From NCBI RefSeq assembly GCF_028641065.1, contig NC_073408.1, positions 10,044,001-10,108,000 of the forward strand: DNA of 64,000 bases. Direction: 5' to 3'. Within the stretch, counting starts at the first letter, position 1. Each line of letters starts with the position of its first letter. Source of the DNA: Leucoraja erinacea (Eukaryota). The notes below the pieces were generated by a model, which saw only the letters and a list, made by a program, of their open reading frames with translations, was not told where the DNA came from and made no database searches. Below, piece after piece: positions 50,721 to 60,270 of this stretch. The translations under genes and the position numbers were made by a program.

Positions 50721-50959
50721 TTCTATAACTGAAAGTACGACACTCAATTGATACTCCCAGTATATCAAGGTGTGAAAAGTTAATAATTGGAGGAGTGTGG
50801 AGCATTGGAGAGGAAGAGGGGGGTCATAGAGATGGGGGGGGGGAGTGAGACCATGTGCAATTAACACAGGGATTAACACAATCACTGTTGCTCTGCCCAC
50901 TGCGACCACCAAGGATTTTTTACTCACAATATGCTGGCATCAGTTGCAGTATGATTGCC

Positions 50960-51500
50960 GCAACTTCCTGGTCCATCATGGGTATTGACTTCCCCAACAC
51001 CGAAGGGATCTACAGGAAGCACTGCCTCAAGAAGGCAGCTAATGTCAACAAGGTCCCTCACTACCATGGGGAAGAAGTTGAAGGAGCCTGAGAATTGTTG
51101 CCTCCAGGTTTAAACACAGCTTCTTCCCATTGATCACTAGGTTCTTGAACCATCCTGCACAAACCCTAACCACAAGCCGACCTCAGCACCGATCTACTAC
51201 GAACCTTGCATTACTATGATTGCTCTAGGTACTTTTGTACTTGCACTAGCATGATCCAGTTTACCGAGAATAACTGGCAACTCATTTCATGTTTATTGTT
51301 CGAAGAAGGGTCACGACCCCAAACTTCACCCATTCCTTCTCTCCAGTGTTACTCCAGCATTTTGTGTCGACCTTCAATTTAAATCAGCATCTGCAGTTCT
51401 TTCCTACTCATGTTTATTGATGCCTTTAATATGCCTAGAGAGCTGAATTTCATTGTTCCGATTCATATCCGGTGCATATGACAAATCAAAACTCTTAATC
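50960..51500 (+). mobile_element. Rex1/Babar LINE 3' end with a Penelope piece at 51301-51410
   Basis: SIMGIDFPNTEGIYRKHCLKKAANV.K.PH and RFKHSFFP motifs. Confidence 0.78.
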
Positions 51501-51834
51501 TTATCAGCTAAAATAGTTTTATTGGTGGCATTAAAGTCAATACACGTCTATTGATTTCTGTTTTCAAATCTTTCATATTTCACATCCACTATGGAAGTAT
51601 TGCTGACAAACCGATTAAGTTGCTGGCAGTACCTGTCTCATTCAACCTCTTTGCTGAAGCCTAGTCTGAACTAAATAGCCACTTTTTCTGCAGTCATTTT
51701 TTTTTCAAGGACTTCGACTGTGGTTTTTGTTATCTCCTTCATTCTTTCGTCTGAAAAATTCGGAAACCTTTGATCAGTGCCTCTTGCTTCAGAGTGAAGT
51801 AAGCTAATGTAGCAGCAGCACGCTGGCTCTGAAT

Positions 51835-52260
51835 CTGCAGATCCAAGGCAGCTCTGGAGATCTAAAATAAAAACACCGAACCTTCGGAAATAGCCAGCAA
51901 GCCAGGCAGCAACCGTAGGAGGAGAGCAATGGGTGAATGGGAGCACTTGGAGAGTGAGATCACACATGTATATGTGTCCTCCACTTCCAGAGGGAAAATA
52001 CAGGAAAAATACAGAGACAAGCTGAGGCAACATGACAAATGGAGGGAGGATACAGAAAGAGAAATCAGATTACCTCAAGTTGTGGAATTCAATATTGAGT
52101 CCAAAAGGCTGCAATGTACCCTGGTGAATGCTGGGATGTTGTTTCTCAAGCCTGCATTGGATCTCATTGTAACATTGGCGGGAGGCCAATGCCAATCGGT
52201 CAGTGGGAGAGAGATGGGGAAGTGAAATGGCAGTGAATGGGAAGCTCCCTGAGGGCCTAA
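51835..52260 (-). mobile_element. Penelope 3' end (ORF C-terminus plus pLTR), inverted
   Basis: ORF 52070-52318(-) gives QCYNEIQCRLEKQHPSIHQGTLQPFGLNIEFHNLR, resembling the PLE C-terminus R.LEEQHLI..LGTLQP.GLN. Confidence 0.8.
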
Positions 52261-52299
52261 TGCTGGTATTCCACAAAGCTGTTACCCCCCCACCCCCAG

Positions 52300-54080
52300 A
52301 CTGTGTTTGATTCCCCAAAGGCTTTTTCAGGCTTATCTTGCAGACTCAATGTTATTTCCTCCTACTCTGATTCTATCCTCTCTCCAGTCTTTTATCATAT
52401 ATATCCATGATATCTCTAATGCCCTCCGCCACGTTGACTGTTCCCCATTCCTTGGTTCCAACAGGCTCACCTTCATGAGGGATGTTTACACTCCATCGCA
52501 CATCAGGATAGTCTGAGGGGCCTTCTGCTTCTTTCTGGAGGCAGAACCCCAACCAGTTCCCCTCAACCAAGTCAGTCATTCACCTGGAAGAACTCGTTGA
52601 GCAACTTCTCCAACTCCAGTCACATTCTCCAGATCAGAGATGTAGGTGGTTTTGTTTAGTTTAGTTTAGAGATGCAACGTAGAAACAGGCCCTTCGGCCC
52701 ACCGGGTCCGTGCCGACCAGCGATCCCCGCATATCCCCACACACTAGGGACAATTTTTACATTTACCAAGCCGATCAACCTACATACCTGCACGTCTTTG
52801 GAGTGTGGGAGGAAACCGAAGGTCTCGGAGAAAACCCACGCAGGTCACGGGGAGAACGTACAAACTCTGTACAGACAGCACCCGTAGTCGGGATTGAACC
52901 CGGGTCTCCGACGCTGCATTCGCTGTAAGGTAGCAACTCTACCGCTGCGCCACCGTGCCGCCAGTTGTCAGCACTCGTATACGCCCAAGCTCTGCTTGTC
53001 TTCTTGTGGGATACATTGGACAGACTTTGTTTCAGACTTATTCAGGAACACACTTTCAACTCTTTTCCCAGTATATCAATGACTACTTTGGTACAGATTT
53101 CATTACCTTTGTTGCCAAGTTCCATCCCTCAACTTCACGTCTCAGAATCTTTCTTTCCTTTTCTGTATCTCTACCTTCTCCACCTTCAAGTGATAGGCTC
53201 ACTACTAATAACCCTAATAAGCCGACTGGCTCCCACAACTATCTCAACCACTCTACCTCCCACCCTTCCTTCTGTAACGACTCTAATCCATTCTTCCAGT
53301 TCCTCAATCTCCGTCGTATTTCTTCCAAACATTCTTCCTGGACAACAGCTCCTCCTCTACCATCGTCAACGAAACTCTTCCTGCACCACTGCTCTCGGCT
53401 CCTCTTCTCCATGACAGAACAAGAACAGAGTTCCCCCGTTCATCATCCATCATCCAGCCCACCAGGCTCTGCATTCAACACATCATTCTCTGCAGTTGAT
53501 ACCACATTGAAAGAGATTCCACCACCAGGTTTCCCTCTCCTCTCCTTTTATTATTCACAGGGTCTGTTCATTTTGCCTCTCCCCGGTTAACTCTTCCATT
53601 CTCACTACTGCTTGCTTCTCGTGGCACTTTGCCCTGCATCTGCGGATGATATGAGACATCTGTCCTCCCCTTTTCACCATCCTGGCAGCAAAATGTGTGT
53701 TCAGCTGCTTCCAGTCCAACGGTGTTGGAATCCAATCACCTGGTGTTCAAGATGTGGTCTCTTCTACGTTGAAGGTACCAAACGCAGATCACTTTGCCAA
53801 CCACCAAGCTTCCCGTTCCCTGACTCTTTAATTCATCCTGCTTCCACTCTTCCCTATCAGTCTCCTGCTTCCTGTACTGGTATAATCAGGCCCATTGCAA
53901 ACATAATGAACAGCACCTTATCTTTCACTTAATTTCTCAGCCTGTATCAGTCGTCCATCCATGATATAGGCCCACCTTGTTTTTTTCCATCCTGTTATTC
54001 CTTGTTTTCCACGGGGAGTGGAGGACATGCCCAGCCTGATCTGCCAGTAATTTTCCTGCTCTGCATTTCACAACTCCTTT
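52300..54080 (+). pseudogene. Decayed Penelope-like element ORF (reverse transcriptase plus GIY-YIG endonuclease)
   Basis: YIHDISNAL..RLTFMRDV; RPSSACLLVGYIGQTLF..SQYINDY (YIDD equivalent); KPTGSHNYLNHSTSHP..QFLNLRRIS; WCSRCGLFYVEGTKRR (GIY-YIG). Frameshifted and split by the SINE at 52654-52962. Confidence 0.85.
52654..52962 (-). mobile_element. V-SINE (HE1-like), young, full length
   Basis: CpG-intact head GGCGGCACGGTGGCGCAGCGGTAGAGTTGC, V-domain and (CTAAA)n. Confidence 0.92.
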
Positions 54081-54179
54081 GTCTGTGTTCCCACTCTCAC
54101 ACTCGATTCCCGATTCACTCATTGTGCAGATAACCCTGTTTACAGAGTATCCCCATGGTCACCCCAAGGACCCCCACAG

Positions 54180-54663
54180 AACCGGGTTTGATCCTGACTA
54201 TGGGTGCTGTCTGTACGGAGTTTGTACGTTCTCCCTGTGACTGTGTGGTTTTTCTCCAGGTGCTCTGGTTTCCTCTCACATTTCAAAAATGTACAGGTTT
54301 GTCGGCAAATTTGGCTTCAGTAAAAATCATAAATCGTCCCTAGTGTATAGGATAGTGCTAGTGTACGGAGATCGCTGGTCGGCATGGACTCGGTGGGCCG
54401 AAGGGCCTGTTTCAATAGTCAATAGTCAATTTAATTGTCATTTCGACCCCTTGAGGTCCAAACGAAATGCCGTTTCTGCAGCCATACATTACAAACAAAT
54501 AGACCCCAGACACAACATAATTTACATTTTACATAAACATCCATCACATTGCTGTGATGGAAGGCCAAAAAAAACGTATCTCTCCACTGCACTCCCCCCC
54601 CCCCCCCGATGACAGAGTCAAAGTCAATTTCCGTGCTGTTTCCCTAAACTAAACTAAACTGAA
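54180..54663 (+). mobile_element. V-SINE with an insertion in its tail
   Basis: The tail GGGCCGAAGGGCCTGTTTC resumes as TTTCCGTGCTGTTTCCCTAAACTAAAC after the insert. Confidence 0.82.
54413..54627 (-). mobile_element. Non-autonomous Rex-tailed element with (ATTGACT)n tail
   Basis: TTTAATTGTCA-stem-loop-CGAAATGCCGTTTCTGCAGCCATACA, shared with 50191-50720. Confidence 0.65.
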
Positions 54664-54714
54664 ACTCAAGATATTTCAGGCTGGTTGACTTGGCCTTGTG
54701 CAATTGAACAGTCA

Positions 54715-54990
54715 CCGGTCAGGGACAGTTTTTTCCCAGCTGTTATCAGGCAACTGAATCATCCTACCACAACTTGGGAGCAGTGCTGAACTGCTACCTA
54801 CCTCATTGGTGACACTCGGACTAATATTGATCGGACCTTTCTGGTTTTACTTTGCAATAAATGTTATTCCCTTATCATGTATCTATAAATGGCTCAATTG
54901 TGATCATGTATTGTCTTTCGGCTGACTGGCGAACACGCAACAAAAGCTTTTCACTGTACCTCGCTACATGCGATAATATACTAAACTGAA
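54715..54990 (+). mobile_element. Rex1/Babar LINE 3' end
   Basis: RDSFFPAVIRQLN plus a 3' UTR homologous to 17995-18285. Confidence 0.82.
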
Positions 54991-55104
54991 CCATACAGGC
55001 TCAAGGGCATAATTGTAGCAAATCGTCAGCGTAGCACCGAGTGTGTGTTGGATAATCTGGGGTTAAATTGAGATCATTTTTGCTCTCACAAATGAAAGCA
55101 ACAG

Positions 55105-55325
55105 ATCCAATATCATTATTTGAAGGAATCCAGGAGAGTTCCCCTTAATGTCAGGCCACCAATTATCCCTTTACTAACAACATTATAACAGATGATCGGA
55201 CTAGAACCACATTAACCTTTATGGAAGCTCTCTGCACAAACTAGCTTCTTTGTCTCCTGCATTACAGCTCGAACCACACTTTACGCAAGCTGCAAGCATT
55301 CTGATTCATTCCAAGGCTGATAAAG
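55105..55325 (+). mobile_element. Ancient DeuSINE relic
   Basis: CATTATTTGAAGGAATCCAGGAGAGTTCCCC..GGCCACCAATTATCCCT..AACAGATGATC resembles the Deu-domain (recalled). Confidence 0.5.
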
Positions 55326-55612
55326 GCGCTATGTGAATGCAAATTCTTTCTTTTTTGGGGGGATTTGGCTGCCAATTCGTGTTTCCACAAGTTTCTGCAC
55401 AGGAAGGGAGCCAATGTTTCACAAAAAATAAATAGTCTTCAACCTGAAAGGTAGCATCCCTGGAGAACATGGATAGGTGATGTTTGGGATTGGGACCCTT
55501 CTCCAGATGCATCCACATTCTAACTGCTCTATGTGTTTCATCATTTAATCTCCATTTGGCTTTGTTTGTGACTGTTTTACGGTTGACAATCCCTGGTTTG
55601 GGACGGGACTCC

Positions 55613-55613
<1 letters not shown>

Positions 55614-55649
<36 letters not shown>
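55614..55649. repeat. Poly-C run (36 nt)
   Basis: Directly visible; other runs are G20 21531-21550, G23 42904-42926 and C23 62621-62643. Confidence 0.95.
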
Positions 55650-55652
<3 letters not shown>

Positions 55653-57027
55653 TGCATGTGGAGACCCGTTGCCTGTGTCCATCCCGGCACACTCCTTCAA
55701 TGATCTTCAAGAACTCTGTCAAGTCAACCCCTGTCGCTCTGAGGTAATGTGCATGTTGGTGCATGGGCAAGAAGCACTGCAGTAAACATCACTGAAACCT
55801 TGCATTGCATTGAGGCGGAAGAGCAAATGCAATGCGACAGCATGGTATGCGGCCTCCATGCTAAGCAGATGATGATTATGAGCTTGTATCTGATTGTGTT
55901 TCCATCAGTTACGTATCGTTCACACACAAACACTGTGCCAATGCATGCATGTCACCCAGACTGAATGCTCCCCACAGTTAGCGTCTCTGCTTGTTGGGGT
56001 ACACCACGGCTACATTGTATTCCCCATTCAATCTCTTGAGCAGGACATAAATCCTCATTTTGAGATGGCTCCGCTGCATTATATTTATAATCGCATCTTT
56101 AATGCTTTTGTAAGCAGAGCATTCGAGGATTAAAATAACCCTACATGCCTTACTGGCAAAGGAATTGCAATTCACGGCAACCAGAGCTGTGGTGTGCTCT
56201 GACTGCCAGTCATTACAGGCGTATGTGTGCGATCGGGAGAGTGTCGTATGACAAAGAGGGCATCGTTGACCAAACCAAAACAAGCTGCGGAGAGAAGCCA
56301 AGGCAGTAGAAGCCAGGAAGCGTGAATTTCATTCAACGGAAAAATATTTCCTCTTGCCATATCTGTATAAAAACAGGTCGTTACATTTACACGAGATCCG
56401 CATGAGCGAGACTCCACAGAAATGGTTATTGGGAAAAGGTATTGCAGGTCATCCAGCGTCTGAGGGGGAGAGTTAGTATTTTGGCCGATTTCCATTGGAT
56501 TTTTCTCAATTAAAATTTGTTGCATCTGAGGCTTTTTTCCCCCTTCCCCTTTGCATTCACGGAAGGCGTTAAATGCGGGTTTGGGTTATACGGTATCTGT
56601 TTGGGGACATGGATGAGGGACCAAAGGGCCTATTTCCATGCTGTGTAACACTATCACTCCATGATCTCCATCTTTCAAGAATCAAGAATTACTGCAACAG
56701 AACAATGAAGTTCTTACTTGAGGCAGCATTACAGATCTGTAAACATTGTACTCAATAGATAACATGATAAAGAAACCAAAAAACAGTGTAATAAAGAAAA
56801 GAACAATGTTAGTGTCTCCCATAGATCCCTTTTATATTGGGGAATGCAGCACCTGTAATGGACCAGGCAGTGTTCACCACTTTTTGAAATCCCCATCGTT
56901 CCTGGGCATATGTATCTGTTTCAGCACATTGCTAAACACTTCACAGCCAATGGAGTTCACCTCTTCAGACTGTAGTTCTGTGCAAGATTCTAGTATCTGC
57001 AGTTCCTTGTGCCTCTATTGTCCTCGT

Positions 57028-57318
57028 AGTTTAGTTTAGAGATCCAGCGCAGAAACTGTCCCTTCGCCACACCGAGGCCCCGCACACTAACACTATCCTA
57101 CAAACACACCAGGGACAATGTACAATTTTACTGAAGCCAATTAGCCCACAAACCCATACGACTTTGGATTATGCTAAAGCGGAGTACCCCGGAGAAAACC
57201 CACGCAGGTCACAGGGAGAACGTACAAACTCCGTGCAGACAGTGCCCGTGGTCAGGATCGAACCCGGGTCTCTGGCGCTGTAAGGAAGCAATTCTACCGC
57301 TGCGCCACTGTGCCGTCC
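57028..57318 (-). mobile_element. V-SINE (HE1-like)
   Basis: Head, B-box GGGTTCGATCCTGACC, V-domain and tail in antisense. Confidence 0.88.
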
Positions 57319-57850
57319 ATAGTTGGTACAATGCCTGCTGGTTTGATGTTTCACCATCATCAGTGCCTTCCTGTATCATGTTCATTCTTTCCTCATGCAA
57401 CCATGGATAACCATGCAGGTGCACTCCTGGTCCGGGTACTGATGGTCTGTCCGACCTTTTGTGGGTTAGGTGTAGTCATCCATGGAGATCAAAGGCAGAT
57501 ACCTGGAGTTGAGGATGAATGTTGAATCAGCCTCTAGAGAACAAATAGCTCCTGTTATTTCCAAATTGCTATACAAGGCACCCGTACTGAGGGTAACTCC
57601 GCTCCTCTCCATGTCAGGGGAGTTGTGCAGCCAACAATTCTGCTGTCTCACAGCCCCAGTGACCCTGGTTTGGTTCTGTCCTCAGATGCTGTTAGTGCAG
57701 AGTTTGCATGTTCTCCTTGGCCCTTGTTGGTTTCCCTGGATTTCCTTCCACATCCCGTCCATAACTATAAATCCCTGAAAGTGAGCACAAGTAGAAATAT
57801 TCAGGTCCTGAAGCCAAATCATCCCGGGATCAAATATCACGCTCACCAAT

Positions 57851-57981
57851 GTCTGAAGAAGGGTTTTGACCCAAAACGTTGCCTATTTCCTTCGCTCCAT
57901 AGATGCTGCCGCACCCGCTGAGTTTCTCCAGCATTTTTGTCTACCTTCGATTTTCCAGCATCTGCAGTTCCTTCTTAAACA
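57851..57981 (+). mobile_element. Penelope pLTR 3' fragment
   Basis: CTGAAGAAGGGTTTTGACCCAAAACGTTGCC..CCAGCATCTGCAGTTCCTTCTTAAACA. Confidence 0.85.
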
Positions 57982-58060
57982 CCCTGACCAATTGGTTTGT
58001 TTTCCGGGAAGAAAGATGCAGAGTGGACCCATTACAAGTGCAGCAGTCAAGATGTTCTAC

Positions 58061-58122
58061 TCAGATTCAGATTCAGATTCAGATTCAATTTTAATTGTCA
58101 TTGTCAGTGTACAGTACAGAGA
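58061..58122 (-). mobile_element. Rex1/Babar-type short 3' tail with (TCTGAA)n
   Basis: Identical to the 10156 and 47701 copies. Confidence 0.7.
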
Positions 58123-58734
58123 CCTGTCAAGTGTAACGTTACTCCTGTCAAGTGTAACGTTAAATCCAATGTGGAACTGCCCTCTCGGGTCAACATAGGA
58201 GATCAGCAAGAGCGTAATGTAGACAATGTTTATCCTTTGATCATTTTTTTAAATTTCTCTCTTTTATTATATTTGTTATAGTGTACTATGTTCACATATT
58301 CTGTCGTGCTGTTGCAAGTTATAATTTAATTGTTCTATCTGGGACATATGAGAATAAAACACTCCTGACTCTCTTGACTATTGGAACTGGCAAGCTCACT
58401 GCTTTCATCTCAGTTGCTTGTATTAAATCTTCAATGTACTCACAGGCTGTGCATTATTTGGACTCTGCTGAAATTTGGTTTGCTGGTGCCATTGAGCTGA
58501 ATTTCAGAAGCAGAGGAGAATGTGAAGACACTTATACATTTAATGCAAGAAGTAACATGTTTTAATAAATGCAATTGGGAAAGCTCGTATAGTAACATGA
58601 AAATTGTATTATGCACCGTGCAGGACTTGGTGAGAGAAAGGTCTATTCCAGTGTAAAGAAATTGCAATAAGATGGCAGAAAATTGACGCACTGCTGAAAT
58701 TTCCCTGGAATTGCACCGCTGGAAATTTCCCTGG

Positions 58735-58860
58735 AATTGCACCGCTACAAAACTGGCCACGCCGTGTCATTTGTGACATTCGTGCAATTTATTCGCCTGC
58801 GAATAAATTGCACGAATGTCACAAATGACACGGTGTGGCCAGTTTTGTAGCGGTGCAATT
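58735..58860. repeat. 126-bp near-perfect palindrome
   Basis: 62-bp arms (58735-58796 / 58799-58860), 2-nt loop CT and one G-T mismatch; preceded by a 25-bp direct repeat. Confidence 0.95.
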
Positions 58861-59480
58861 ATCAGCAGGCAGAATTCATGGTCAGCCTCCAGAGGTCTTA
58901 TGTATCCCCAATTCTTGTGTCCATTTCAGTTCTTTTGATTGCCTTAGTCGTCCAAAGGTTGTGCATATGTGACATCTCCTTGGGTAGCAAATACAGAGAA
59001 CATTCAATATTAATATTCATTAAACTTTACACAAGGCACCTGTCTGTGGTAATTCCACTCCTCTCCATTTCTGGGGAGTTGTACAGCCATTATTTCGGCG
59101 ACCCTGGTCTTGGTTCTGACCTCAGATGCTGTTGGTGAGGAGTTTGCGTGTTCTCCTTGTGCCCTTGTTGGTTTCCCAGGATTTCCTCCCACATCCCAAC
59201 TCTATAACTTTAACTCCCTGAAAAGTGGCAACGCAAGTAGATGGAGTGGTAAAGGCAGCATGTCTTATGCTTGCTTTCATAGGTCGGGGCATTATTTATA
59301 TGAGTCAGTACGTCATGATCAGGACCCACTCCAGAGATGTAAGCACAACATTCTACAGCAATGCAGTACTGAGGGAGGAACACTGAGTCAGGGGAAATAT
59401 TACACCAGGCTGCCGTCTACTATCTCAAGTGCATGCAGAGATTCCATCAGTGTGGTTTTTTTTTTGCTCAGAGCAAGGCA

Positions 59481-59570
59481 AGTCTGAAGAAGGGTCTCGA
59501 CCCGAAACATCACCCATTCCTTCTCTCCAGAGATGCTGCCTGTCCCACTGAGTTACTCCAGCTTTTTGTG
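59481..59570 (+). mobile_element. Penelope pLTR fragment with near-intact hammerhead core (59484-59511)
   Basis: CTGAAGA-A-GGGTCTCGACCC-GAAA-CATC. Confidence 0.82.
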
Positions 59571-60032
59571 CCCCTCACGTTACGGCAACACTTACCCCCA
59601 GTCATGGCACAGATAAGAGCAATGTTACAATATGAGGAGGAACGTGGATAAGAATGGAGTGGAGGAGATGGATGATGTGCATTATTTCAGCATTATGGTC
59701 AGCACAGACAATGTGGGCTGAAGGGCCTGTTCCTGAGCCGTACCTTTCAATGTTTGATGTTTCATTTTGATCCATTGAGCATTGACAACACAGTTCCCAA
59801 GACCAGTTGCATTTAATGACTTGGGCAAGGCAGAAACAGAGGGAGAGAAGTGAACTGCATTAAGCATTGCTGGGGAGAATGGATGATTCGCAACTTTGCT
59901 GTTCATTCATGTTTTAAAGGGTAAACCGTTGCATGAATATTGAAGCTAGGAGAGGGTACAAGTAAAATTGCAGAAGGCAGATAGCAGAGAGGATGCACTT
60001 CAGTGGAAGGTCCAGCAATAAGTATCTGACCA

Positions 60033-60270
60033 TGTAGAAATAAGGAACTGCAGATGCTGGTTTACACAAAAAGACAGAAAGTGCTGGAGTAACTCAGCGG
60101 AACAGGAGGCATCTCCAGAGAATATGGATGGGTGACGTTTCGATTTGGGATCTTCCTTCAGATTCTTCAAAGCAGGCGTATCTTGCGGAGATTTTGCAGC
60201 GGTGCAGTTAAAATGTAGAAACAAAGAACATGGAGATGCTGGCTTACACAAAAGGACACAAAGTGCTTGA
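60033..60270 (-). mobile_element. Two tandem Penelope pLTR fragments
   Basis: TGTAGAAATAAGGAACTGCAGATGCTGG.. recurs as TGTAGAAACAAAGAACATGGAGATGCTGG. Confidence 0.75.

Noticed and set aside
52955-53590. Longest ORF (211 aa) as a host gene
   Set aside because: It is a decayed Penelope RT: the catalytic YIDD is mutated to YIND, the frame drifts, and the start lies in a SINE.
55306-55770. Gly-rich and Pro-rich ORFs
   Set aside because: Products of the C36 homopolymer and a Penelope fragment.
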